A stretch of 37,948 bases of DNA, from contig JAMOSA010000233.1 of NCBI GenBank assembly GCA_027063325.1, forward strand, positions 1 to 37,948, in the 5' to 3' direction. The stretch is from Campylobacteraceae bacterium. GTDB taxonomy: Bacteria; Campylobacterota; Campylobacteria; Campylobacterales; Sulfurovaceae. Under the pieces are notes generated by a model. The model was not told the DNA's origin, made no database searches, and saw nothing but the letters and a program-made list of their open reading frames with translations. Made by a program: the position numbers and the translations under genes. Shown here piece after piece: positions 29,326 to 37,948 of this stretch (its first letter is position 1; each line of letters begins with the position of its first letter).

Positions 29326-29432
29326 ATCTCCTAATAAACTTCAATATTGATTTATCTTGGATATGTTTTTTAGGATTAAAAATTTTAAAAATCATGTAAA
29401 AAGAGTTTATGAAAATAAGTTGTAGAAATTGA

Positions 29433-29520
29433 TGGCCGGGAGACAGGGATTCGAACCCTGGGAGGTGTGACCCTCAACGGTTTTCAAGACCGCCGCTTTC
29501 GACCACTCAGCCATCTCCCG
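29433..29520 (-). tRNA. tRNA-Ser (anticodon TGA)
   Basis: CGGGAGATGG...GCGGT-CTTGAAA-ACCGT, long variable arm, GGTTCGAATCC, ends GCCA. Confidence 0.97.
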
Positions 29521-29545
29521 ATAGTAGATAGTAATAAAAGTTATG

Positions 29546-29620
29546 TGGAGGCGCCACCCGGATTCGAACCGGGGATCAGAGCTTTGCAGGCTCCTGCCTT
29601 AGCCACTTGGCTATAGCGCC
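29546..29620 (-). tRNA. tRNA-Cys (GCA)
   Basis: GGCGCTATAGCCAAGTGG...CTGCAAA...GGTTCGAATCC...TCCA. Confidence 0.97.
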
Positions 29621-29623
29621 TTA

Positions 29624-29711
29624 TGGTGCCCGGGGCCGGACTTGAACCGGCACAGCTGCAATAGCCGGGGGATTTTAAGTCCCCTGTGTCTACCAATTCC
29701 ACCACCCGGGC
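29624..29711 (-). tRNA. tRNA-Leu (TAA)
   Basis: GCCCGGGTGGTGGAATTGGTAGACAC...CTTAAAA, variable arm, GGTTCAAGTCC...ACCA. Confidence 0.97.
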
Positions 29712-29774
29712 ATCAGGCACCAACACACTTACAAACATATTATTACTTTTAAAAACTTAAAATTCAAAACCAAA

Positions 29775-29849
29775 TGGAGCGGGAGACGGGATTCGAACCC
29801 GCGACCCCAACCTTGGCAAGGTTGTGCTCTACCCCTGAGCTACTCCCGC
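29775..29849 (-). tRNA. tRNA-Gly (GCC)
   Basis: GCGGGAGTAGCTCAG...TTGCCAA...GGTTCGAATCC...TCCA. Confidence 0.97.
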
Positions 29850-29888
29850 ACTCTAACAATTTAGATTCCGTTTTGAACTCGGAGTGGT

Positions 29889-29897
29889 ATTATAACA
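29889..29897 (-). promoter_or_regulatory. Extended -10 promoter of the tRNA operon
   Basis: TGTTATAAT on the minus strand, about 40 nt upstream of tRNA-Gly. Confidence 0.65.
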
Positions 29898-29976
29898 GCT
29901 TTTTTTATAAAAGTGAAGAGTAAAATCTGTTTTTTTTCAAAAAAAATACTATTTTTGTCAGCTTTATCCCTATATG

Positions 29977-29985
29977 TGCTATAAT
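29977..29985 (+). promoter_or_regulatory. Extended -10 promoter of ilvD
   Basis: TGCTATAAT about 75 nt upstream of the ATG. Confidence 0.6.
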
Positions 29986-30059
29986 CCCTCTACTGTATCT
30001 GATGCCTAAAAAGGTGTAGCAGATGAGATTAATTGATAAAATTGTAAGAGGAAGTAGTA

Positions 30060-31742
30060 ATGAGAAGTAATGAGATAAAAAAGGGTTACAACAGAGCTCC
30101 ACACAGAAGCTTACTTAGAGCAACAGGTATTAAAGATGAAGATTTTGATAAGCCATTTATTGGTGTGGCAAACTCATTTATAGAGCTTATTCCAGGACAC
30201 TTCTTTTTAAATAAAGTAAGTGAAATAATCAAAGATGAAATTAGAGCAAACGGGTGTGTTCCTTTTGAGTTTAATACAATAGGTGTAGATGATGGTATAG
30301 CAATGGGGCATGATGGTATGCTCTACTCTTTGCCAAGTAGAGAATTGATTGCAGCTTCAATAGAGACAGTTATGAATGCACACAAGCTTGATGCTATGAT
30401 AGCTATACCAAATTGTGACAAAATTGTACCTGGTATGATAATGGGTGCTTTGAGGGTAAATGTACCAACTGTATTTGTCAGTGGTGGTCCAATGGCAGCA
30501 GGACACTTAGAAGATGGTACACCTATAGATTTGGCTACAGTATTTGAAGGTGTTGGTCAATATGAAGCCGGAGAGATAGATGAGAAGAAGTTGATTGAGC
30601 TTGAGTGTAATGCATGTCCTAGTGGCGGAAGCTGTTCTGGTATGTTTACAGCTAATTCTATGAATACATTGATGGAGGCTATGGGTATAGCACTGCCTGG
30701 AAATGGTACAATTTTAGCACTTACAAAAGAGAGAGAAGAGTTATATAAAAAAGCAGCAAGAAGAGTTTGTGAAATAGCAAAATCCAAAAATCCAGAAGAG
30801 TTTAATATTAGAAATATTCTAAATGAAAAAGCTGTTCATAATGCTTTTGCAGTAGATATGGCTATGGGTGGTAGTACAAATACTATTTTGCATATGTTGG
30901 CAATTGCAGATGAAGCAGGAGTACCTTTTGATATAGCCAAACTGAATGAAATTAGCAAAAATGTATCTCACATAGCCAAAATATCTCCATCTCTGACTAC
31001 AGTACATATGGAGGATATAAATAGAGCCGGTGGTGTATCTGCTGTAATGAATGAGATGAAAAAAAGAGGTGATGATATACTCATAGACAATTTGACAGTA
31101 ACAGGTGAGAGTATATATGAGAGAATCAAAGATGCTACTATCAAAGATACAGATATAATTCACACAATTGACAATCCATATTCAGAAGTTGGTGGATTGG
31201 CAATACTCTTTGGCAACCTTGCAACACAGGGTGCAGTTATCAAAACAGCAGGAATTGTCGGTGAGAGAGTATTTACAGGCAAAGCGATATGCTTTGATTC
31301 ACAGGATGAAGCAATTGAGGGAATAACAAGCGGCAAAGTAAAAGCAGGTCATGTAGTAGTAATTAGATATGAAGGTCCAAAGGGTGGTCCTGGTATGCAA
31401 GAGATGTTGGCTCCAACAAGCCTTATTATGGGTATGGGACTTGGTGACAAGGTAGCACTTATTACAGATGGTAGATTTAGTGGAGCTACAAGAGGTGCTA
31501 GTATTGGACATGTATCACCAGAAGCTGCAGAGGGTGGTTTGATAGCTTTGCTCAAAGATGGAGATGAGATACATATAGATGTAGATAATTATATACTAGA
31601 GGCTAAAATCTCAGAAGCAGAGATAGCCTCAAGAAGAGAAAACTTCAAACCAAAAGTCAAACCACTAAATAGTAGATGGTTAAAGCAGTATAGAGCATTG
31701 GTAACAAATGCCAGTAGAGGTGCTGTATTAGAAGCAGATTAA
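30060..31742 (+). CDS. ilvD: Dihydroxy-acid dehydratase
   Basis: [51 protein letters not shown] and GHVSPEA motifs. Confidence 0.97.
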   Translation: MRSNEIKKGYNRAPHRSLLRATGIKDEDFDKPFIGVANSFIELIPGHFFLNKVSEIIKDEIRANGCVPFEFNTIGVDDGIAMGHDGMLYSLPSRELIAASIETVMNAHKLDAMIAIPNCDKIVPGMIMGALRVNVPTVFVSGGPMAAGHLEDGTPIDLATVFEGVGQYEAGEIDEKKLIELECNACPSGGSCSGMFTANSMNTLMEAMGIALPGNGTILALTKEREELYKKAARRVCEIAKSKNPEEFNIRNILNEKAVHNAFAVDMAMGGSTNTILHMLAIADEAGVPFDIAKLNEISKNVSHIAKISPSLTTVHMEDINRAGGVSAVMNEMKKRGDDILIDNLTVTGESIYERIKDATIKDTDIIHTIDNPYSEVGGLAILFGNLATQGAVIKTAGIVGERVFTGKAICFDSQDEAIEGITSGKVKAGHVVVIRYEGPKGGPGMQEMLAPTSLIMGMGLGDKVALITDGRFSGATRGASIGHVSPEAAEGGLIALLKDGDEIHIDVDNYILEAKISEAEIASRRENFKPKVKPLNSRWLKQYRALVTNASRGAVLEAD

Positions 31743-31746
31743 ATTA

Positions 31747-31766
31747 TAGAGGGATTACACCCTCTA
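31747..31766 (+). terminator. Hairpin after ilvD (terminator or processing signal)
   Basis: TAGAGGG-ATTACA-CCCTCTA immediately after the stop; no U-tract. Confidence 0.45.
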
Positions 31767-31789
31767 AATATCTATGGAGGTTTACTCTA

Positions 31790-32041
31790 TTGAAAAATAC
31801 AATAACTACAACTATACAGAAGCTACCATTAAATTTGAAGTACAAGTTTCGCTCAAGACTCAGACAAAAAGCTATTTTAAGAACAAAAGCACGACTTGCA
31901 GAAAGACAGATAGATATAAACAGACTTACAGATGAAGAGTTGGAGATTATTATACAAGATGAAGAGGATAAATTGATAGATGACTATAAGAGCAAAGGGA
32001 TTATAGCTCTACTTGCACTACTTGGAATTAGTTGGTTTTAG
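31790..32041 (+). CDS. Small hypothetical protein with a C-terminal hydrophobic tail
   Basis: GGAGG RBS with TTG start; basic then acidic helix ending IIALLALLGISWF. Confidence 0.7.
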   Translation: MKNTITTTIQKLPLNLKYKFRSRLRQKAILRTKARLAERQIDINRLTDEELEIIIQDEEDKLIDDYKSKGIIALLALLGISWF

Positions 32042-32043
32042 AT

Positions 32044-32451
32044 ATGTTTCATATATTTAAGTGGGCTACCATATCTTTGTATATCAAAAGAAATTCAAAA
32101 ATACTCTTTTTTATGATAATAGGAGTTCTATCAATAGTTGTAATTGATGGCATATATGATGACTTGAGCATATATTTTGCCAAAAGTAATCAACACAGAT
32201 ATATACTCTATGCTCTATTTTTAAAGTGGTTTTTAATAACAGTAATCTCTATATCTATTATATATACAATCTTGAAGCCTCTTATCAAACCTGCCAAAAA
32301 GAGTAACAAAAAGCTACAAAACAAACTATCAACAAAGCAGAGTAAAAAAGAGTTAAAAATAGACAAAAGGTTAGAAAAATTCAAAGAGCCTAATGTATCA
32401 CTTCGTTCAAATGCAGATAAGATCTTGGATAAATACAGTAAAAAGGGTTAA
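32044..32451 (+). CDS. Hypothetical membrane protein (2 TM, basic C-terminus)
   Basis: ATG 2 nt after the previous stop; two hydrophobic segments. Confidence 0.65.
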   Translation: MFHIFKWATISLYIKRNSKILFFMIIGVLSIVVIDGIYDDLSIYFAKSNQHRYILYALFLKWFLITVISISIIYTILKPLIKPAKKSNKKLQNKLSTKQSKKELKIDKRLEKFKEPNVSLRSNADKILDKYSKKG

Positions 32452-32453
32452 TT

Positions 32454-33572
32454 GTGTCAAAAAGAGTTGGAGCATTCATAATACTGGCTATTGTAGCTGT
32501 ATTTATATTTATGGGTTACAGATATATACATACTCGTCAAATATATGCTATAAGTGATGCAGCATTTATAAAGAGCAACAAAATAGCTACACTATCATTT
32601 AGGGTAGCTGGAGATCTCAAAGAACTCAAAGCCAAAGAGAACCAAAAGGTATCAAAAGGTGAACTTTTGGGAGTATTGGATACAAATGATACAGAGCTTC
32701 AAATATCTCAAACAAAATACTCTATAGATGCACTCTTAAAAAAGATTGAGTTAAAAGAGTATAAGTACCAAAGATTGTCTCAAACTCTGCCACTACAAGC
32801 CAAAAGAGCAAAAGCTAGGCTAGATAGTCTCAAACTACAAAGAGATTCTATAAAATATACAATACTCTCTGTCAAAGCCAAATTAAACAAGATAGATAAA
32901 GATAGTGCAAGATATAGCAATATGTTAAAAAGCCATGTCATAGCAGAGGGTGATTATGAGAAGATATCTACTCAAAAAAATTCTCTCCAAGAGCAGATTA
33001 ATTCACTAAAAAAGAAGCTTCAAGCATCAAATGCAGTAGTAGATGAAGCCAAATTTGCTTATAAAAGTGCTACTATTGCCATATCTACACTCAAAGAGTT
33101 AAAAGCAGAAATCAAAGCACTAAAAGATCAAAAAGATGCTCAAAAGCAGAGTTTGAAACTATTACAAAATAGACTCTCATACTGCTACTTATATGCCCCA
33201 TTTGATGGAGTAATTGCCAAAAGATATACAGTAGCTCCAAGAGTTGTAAATGCTGGTTCACCAATATATGCCATAGCAGATACAAAAGATTTGTATGTTG
33301 AAGTACTACTCTCTGAAAAAAAGCTTTACGGTGTAAAAGTTGGTAATAGTGTAGATATAAGTGTAGATGCCATAAAGGATAAAACTTTCAAGGGAGAAGT
33401 TGAATCAATAGCTCCGGTATCAGCTAGTACATTTAGCCTGGTTCCTAGAGATATAGCAAGTGGAGAGTTTACCAAACTAGATCAAAGATTTATAGTAAGA
33501 GTAAAATTAAATGCAACCAAAGGGTTGAGATCTGGTATGGGTGCAACTGTTAAAATCAAGCGGAGTAAATAG
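32454..33572 (+). CDS. HlyD/EmrA-family membrane fusion protein
   Basis: N-terminal TM, SDAAF, coiled coil, APFDGVI, ASTFSLVPRDIASGEFTKLDQR, LRSGM. Confidence 0.9.
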   Translation: MSKRVGAFIILAIVAVFIFMGYRYIHTRQIYAISDAAFIKSNKIATLSFRVAGDLKELKAKENQKVSKGELLGVLDTNDTELQISQTKYSIDALLKKIELKEYKYQRLSQTLPLQAKRAKARLDSLKLQRDSIKYTILSVKAKLNKIDKDSARYSNMLKSHVIAEGDYEKISTQKNSLQEQINSLKKKLQASNAVVDEAKFAYKSATIAISTLKELKAEIKALKDQKDAQKQSLKLLQNRLSYCYLYAPFDGVIAKRYTVAPRVVNAGSPIYAIADTKDLYVEVLLSEKKLYGVKVGNSVDISVDAIKDKTFKGEVESIAPVSASTFSLVPRDIASGEFTKLDQRFIVRVKLNATKGLRSGMGATVKIKRSK

Positions 33573-35105
33573 ATGCAAAAAGCACCTTGGGATATTACCT
33601 CTTCACAAAGAGCAATATTTTCTATTATTGTAATGACAGGTGCATTTATGGCAATCCTTGATACTACCGTAGTAGATGTAATAGTACCAAAACTGACAGG
33701 TCCTTTGGCTACTGATATGTATGGAGTACAATGGATAATAACAAGCTATATGGTATCAGCAGCTATTGCTCTACTTGCTACAGAGAATCTTATCAAAAGA
33801 TTTGGTGATAAGAGTATATTTATATTTGGTATTACTCTATTTACTATAGCTTCACTGATGTGCGGATTATCAAATTCATTAGAAGAGATAATTATATTTA
33901 GAGTTATACAAGGCAGTGGAGAAGCTTTGATAATGGTAACAAGCCATATAATGATATTTAGCTACTTTCCACCCTCCAAGCAGGGACTTGCTATGGGTAT
34001 ATATGGGCTTGGAGTTAGTTTTGCTCCGGCTTTGGGTCCTACAATAGGTGGATATTTGACAGAGTATTACAATTGGAGAATGGTATTTTTTATCAATGTT
34101 CCAGTAGGTATTCTTCTTACGATTGCAGGTATTATGTATCTGCCAAGAAGCAGTAAAATAGAGAAGTTGCCATTTAATATCATTAGCTTCTTTCTACTTG
34201 CAACTGCTACCGTATCACTACTAATTATGCTTAGCAAAGGTCAAGAGTTTGGTTGGTTTCATAGTATAACTATAGGGGTATTACTACTTATTAGTATAGT
34301 TAGTTTCTTGTTGTATATTATTAGTGAAATGTACTCAACAAATAGACTTATAGATTTTGATCTATTTAAAAACAGCTCTTTTAGCAATGGTATGATGATC
34401 TATTTTTTTGTACTTGGTTTTTCTATGTATCAATACTTCTATCTACTGCCTGTATATTATGAGCATATCAAAATGCTACCAACACTAGATGCCGGTATTG
34501 CTGTATTTGCTTTTGCAGTATTTATCGGTCTCTTTTCTCCAATTGCTGGAATACTATCTGATAAAATTGGAGCCAAAGAGACAGTAGCTCTTGCTGCTTT
34601 TGTATATGTATTTGCATCTTTGCTGTTTTTACCACAATTAGAGTATTATACACCCCTACATCAAGCTATGCTTCTTACAATACCTTTTGGTATAGGTATG
34701 GGACTCTTTTTTGCTCCAGTTACAGTACTTGTACTCCAAAGCGCCCCTTCACACAAGAGTGAATTGGCTATTGTACTTATGGATTACTTTAGATTTGTAG
34801 GTGGCAGTTTTGGTACAGCACTTGCAACAAACAATATGGAGTATTTTAAAAATATGCACTTTTTGCGTATGGAAGAGTTGCAAAATATAGAGTATATTCA
34901 ACACTTTTTAGATAAATTAACTCTCTTAAGTGGTGCAAACAGTGATACAATAAAGGTAGTTTTTGGCAACTATGAGACATTTATGGCATACAATTACGGC
35001 TTTTACAATACATTTTTACATGCTGGTTTGTGGGGACTCTTTGGCTCTATATTTGTAATACTGCTATTTGTACCTATGAAAAAATTATCAAAAAGGAGAG
35101 GATAG
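33573..35105 (+). CDS. DHA2 (EmrB/QacA) MFS efflux permease
   Basis: FMAILDTTVV, QWIITSY, RVIQG, APALGPTIGGYL and WRMVFFINVPVG motifs. Confidence 0.92.
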   Translation: MQKAPWDITSSQRAIFSIIVMTGAFMAILDTTVVDVIVPKLTGPLATDMYGVQWIITSYMVSAAIALLATENLIKRFGDKSIFIFGITLFTIASLMCGLSNSLEEIIIFRVIQGSGEALIMVTSHIMIFSYFPPSKQGLAMGIYGLGVSFAPALGPTIGGYLTEYYNWRMVFFINVPVGILLTIAGIMYLPRSSKIEKLPFNIISFFLLATATVSLLIMLSKGQEFGWFHSITIGVLLLISIVSFLLYIISEMYSTNRLIDFDLFKNSSFSNGMMIYFFVLGFSMYQYFYLLPVYYEHIKMLPTLDAGIAVFAFAVFIGLFSPIAGILSDKIGAKETVALAAFVYVFASLLFLPQLEYYTPLHQAMLLTIPFGIGMGLFFAPVTVLVLQSAPSHKSELAIVLMDYFRFVGGSFGTALATNNMEYFKNMHFLRMEELQNIEYIQHFLDKLTLLSGANSDTIKVVFGNYETFMAYNYGFYNTFLHAGLWGLFGSIFVILLFVPMKKLSKRRG

Positions 35106-36400
35106 TGAAAAGACTCTCAATACTAATAATAGTACCAATAATATCATACAGTACCGGCTTTAAAACTTTGGCAACACATATCAAAAGTACACAAACACTT
35201 AAATCTGCTTCATTTGGTATTAAAGCTGCAGAGAGTTTGGCTCTTTCAAATGAAGCTTTAAACTCCCCAAAACTGGATATTGTACTAAACGGCAGATGGC
35301 TGGATGAACAACCATCATTAACTGTATATACACCATATGGAAGCAGTACAGCTCCTATGGCTACAACACGCTCATTTTTGGGCAGTGTCAAGCTGAGTTA
35401 TCCCATATTTACAGGGTTTGCAATAGAGTCTCAAATATCCAAAGCCCATCTAAATGCTATTATTGCTTCACTGAAATACAAAGATATTCATCGTTCACTT
35501 TTATTAAATCTGATACGCCTCTATCTATCTGTTCAAGCTTTACAAAGCCAACTCTCAGCACAAAAGAGTGCATTAAAAGCACTGCAAGATGCATATAAAA
35601 AGGCTCAAGAGTTTTATAACAATGGTTTACTATCTCCTGCACAACTATATAATATAGAAGCCAAGATGTATGATATGAAAGCTCAAATAACCCAAAGCCA
35701 AGGAGCCATAGCACAAAGATTAAATCAAATCTCATATATCAGCGGTATTACAGTATCTTCAATATCTGGAGTTATCCCTCTGCCTCATCCCCCCAAAACA
35801 AAAAAGTTGATAAAGTTATCTCATAGATACAGAGCAGATATAAAAGTACTCAAAAAAGAGTTACAAATAAGAGATAGTGAAATAAAACTAGCCAAAAGCA
35901 ATCTATATCCAAAAGTAGCAATAGAGGCAAAGATAGAGAGATTTGGGGATACTCTAAAGTTGAATGGAGATGGATATACAAATGCCAATCGCAACAGTGT
36001 CGGGGTAGGAGTAGAGTGGAATATATTTGCAGGAGGCAAAGATAAACATTTGATTGAATCAGCAAAGTATGCCAAATTGGCTACTGCTTCAAAATTGATA
36101 AGCTACACCCAAAAAGTTGATAGTGAAATAGTAGATAGCTATATAGAGCTATCTACTCTCAAAGCCAAATTAATAAGTGCAAAAAAGAGATTACAATCAC
36201 AACGAAGTTATTATAAACAGTCTGTATCAAGATTCAATAATAGATTAATAAGTTCTGATGAACTAAGCAGAGCAATTGCCAATCTAGCAGAGGCAAAAGC
36301 ACTATACAATACAATCAAAGCCTCTATTAAAGCTCAAGAGGCTACTATATGGCTTATGGGAGGAGTTGAACTTTTTATGAGTAAATTGAACTCTAAATAG
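35105..36400 (+). CDS. TolC-family outer membrane efflux protein
   Basis: GTG overlapping the previous TAG after GGAGAGG; signal-like N-terminus; LSYPIFTGF, AKSNLYPKV and EWNIFAGG motifs. Confidence 0.88.
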   Translation: MKRLSILIIVPIISYSTGFKTLATHIKSTQTLKSASFGIKAAESLALSNEALNSPKLDIVLNGRWLDEQPSLTVYTPYGSSTAPMATTRSFLGSVKLSYPIFTGFAIESQISKAHLNAIIASLKYKDIHRSLLLNLIRLYLSVQALQSQLSAQKSALKALQDAYKKAQEFYNNGLLSPAQLYNIEAKMYDMKAQITQSQGAIAQRLNQISYISGITVSSISGVIPLPHPPKTKKLIKLSHRYRADIKVLKKELQIRDSEIKLAKSNLYPKVAIEAKIERFGDTLKLNGDGYTNANRNSVGVGVEWNIFAGGKDKHLIESAKYAKLATASKLISYTQKVDSEIVDSYIELSTLKAKLISAKKRLQSQRSYYKQSVSRFNNRLISSDELSRAIANLAEAKALYNTIKASIKAQEATIWLMGGVELFMSKLNSK

Positions 36401-36464
36401 TAACTTATTTTAAATATAACTCTACTATAATTCTCTTTTCAGTTTATATTGGTTGAGGAATTAT

Positions 36465-37811
36465 ATGGAGTATGAAATAGATAAATATCTAACAAACAGC
36501 CAAAAAGCATTTAACAAGTTGCAAAACTTCTCTCAAAAAGATATTGATAAAATTGTAAAAGTAATTATGCAAAAGGCTGTTGAGTACAATAAAAAGTTTG
36601 CTCAAATGGCAGTGGCAGAGACTGGTATAGGAAAAGTAGAGGATAAAATTACCAAAAATATTTTAGCTTCAAAATATGTATATGATTCTATCAAAGATTT
36701 TAAGAGTGTAGGAGTTATCTCAAGTAGCAACAATATAACTGAAATTGCACACCCAATAGGTTCAATACTTGCAATAATACCAGCAACCAATCCCACCTCT
36801 ACCCTTATATTCAAAACTCTAATAGCAATAAAAACAAGAAATCCTATTATATTCAGTTTACCCATAAAAGCGAAAAATACCTGTAGCTTTACTGCCAAAA
36901 TACTATATGAAGCAGCACTGGAGGCTGGTTTGCCAAAGTACTCAATTCAGTGGGTATCATCACCAAATAGGGCTAAAACAAAATTGATTATGAGAGACAA
37001 TAGACTCGCTTTGATTCTTGCAACAGGAGGACAGAGTCTAGTCAAAGAGGCTTATAGTTCTGGTACTCCTGCTTTGGGTGTGGGACCTGGGAATGTACCA
37101 GTCCTAATAGATGCCCAAAATATAAAACTGGAGTATGCAATAAAAGCTATAATCAAATCAAAGACATTTGACAATGGTACAATTTGTGCAAGTGAACAAT
37201 CTATCATAATCCCAAGAGCTTACATATATGATTTGATACAAATACTCAAAAAACATAATGCTTATATACTAAATGAAGATGAGATAAAAAGAGTAGAAAA
37301 GGTAGTATATAACAAAGACAAAGAGATGATGTCAGCAGATATTGTAGGCAAAAGTGCATACTATATACTCTTGAAGTCCGGAATCAAAATAGATTATGAA
37401 CCCTCTATTATAGTAGCACCACTAAAAGGTATAGGCAAAGAGTACCCAATATCAGCAGAGATTTTGGCTCCTGTACTTTCATTATATACAGTAGATGATT
37501 TTGATGATGGTATATCTATGGCACAAGAAGTTATAGAGTTTGGAGGAAAGGGGCATACTGCAAGTATCTTTTCAAATAGTGAAGCAAATATTATAAAATA
37601 CTCTACAAGTATGCAAGTAAGTAGAGTAGTGGTAAATACACCATCATCTCAAGGAGCAGTAGGAGGTATATATAACAATTTAACTCCATCTTTGACTCTT
37701 GGATGTGGCTCATATGGTAAAAATATAACTACTGACAATGTATCTGTACAACACCTTTTAAATATTCAAAGAGTAGCAAAACCACATACAAATATATCAA
37801 TAAACATCTAA
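36465..37811 (+). CDS. CoA-acylating aldehyde dehydrogenase (AdhE N-terminal/EutE-like), stand-alone
   Basis: ETGIGKVEDKITKN, PATNPTST, ATGG, GVGPGN, SKTFDNGTICASEQ, GHTAS and TLGCGSYG motifs; GAGGA RBS. Confidence 0.9.
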   Translation: MEYEIDKYLTNSQKAFNKLQNFSQKDIDKIVKVIMQKAVEYNKKFAQMAVAETGIGKVEDKITKNILASKYVYDSIKDFKSVGVISSSNNITEIAHPIGSILAIIPATNPTSTLIFKTLIAIKTRNPIIFSLPIKAKNTCSFTAKILYEAALEAGLPKYSIQWVSSPNRAKTKLIMRDNRLALILATGGQSLVKEAYSSGTPALGVGPGNVPVLIDAQNIKLEYAIKAIIKSKTFDNGTICASEQSIIIPRAYIYDLIQILKKHNAYILNEDEIKRVEKVVYNKDKEMMSADIVGKSAYYILLKSGIKIDYEPSIIVAPLKGIGKEYPISAEILAPVLSLYTVDDFDDGISMAQEVIEFGGKGHTASIFSNSEANIIKYSTSMQVSRVVVNTPSSQGAVGGIYNNLTPSLTLGCGSYGKNITTDNVSVQHLLNIQRVAKPHTNISINI

Positions 37812-37948
37812 GTGTGTAGTATTGCTCTCAATTGTACTGTTTGTATCAAATTTTATCTCATCATCCATTGCCGGTGGGATTGGTTTGATACTCTTTAGCA
37901 GTGCTTTTATATGGGTTGGAGTCTTGTCACTCTCTTTGTAGCCACTCT
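37797..37948 (-). CDS. 3' end of an unidentified gene entering from the right edge
   Basis: Open frame SGYKESDKTPTHIKALLKSIKPIPPAMDEIKFDTNSTIESNTTHLDVY*, convergent with and overlapping the ALDH stop. Confidence 0.45.
   Translation of the reverse strand, partial: SGYKESDKTPTHIKALLKSIKPIPPAMDDEIKFDTNSTIESNTTHLDVY

Noticed and set aside
29433-29520. tRNA-Sec (selC), suspected because selAB is nearby
   Set aside because: The anticodon is TGA (Ser), not TCA, and the acceptor stem is a normal 7 bp.
29541-29738. 65-aa ORF
   Set aside because: It is a translation of the tRNA-Leu and tRNA-Cys genes.
181-36898. Numerous 60-125 aa ORFs antisense to or nested in long genes
   Set aside because: Shadow frames of well-supported genes, with no RBS or recognisable motifs.
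1-37948. CRISPR array, prophage, rRNA, or restriction-site avoidance
   Set aside because: No regularly spaced repeats, phage genes or rRNA were seen. GCNGC and GTYRAC sites both occur, and depletion cannot be judged without counting.

Overview
AT-rich chromosomal window that looks like a sulfur-oxidising Campylobacterota (Epsilonproteobacteria; Sulfurovum/Nitratifractor-like). This is inferred from the Helicobacter/Campylobacter-type NrdA, the Gly-Leu-Cys-Ser tRNA cluster, TGnTATAAT promoters and the type IV SQR. The housekeeping backbone (nrdA, ade, mnmD, tcdA, surE, dcd, accBC, ilvD, 4 tRNAs, an EmrAB-TolC-type pump) carries several accessory features. (1) A m5C methyltransferase plus PD-(D/E)XK endonuclease pair sits inside a host operon. 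(2) A 2.6-kb nested relic (8303-10887) is bounded by 13-bp inverted repeats and a 7-bp direct repeat. Inside it, two internally deleted IS701-like elements enclose an intact HincII-type m6A methyltransferase, an internally deleted HincII-type endonuclease and a decayed integron attC-like site. (3) A chalcogen cluster runs sqr, small peptide, siroheme nitrite/sulfite-reductase-like gene, selA, diverged selB, with the last three translationally coupled. The strongest candidates for something undescribed are the reductase-selAB operon (possible selenite-assimilation module) and the IS-captured integron-cassette R-M island. All family assignments come from motifs recognised by eye; no searches were run.
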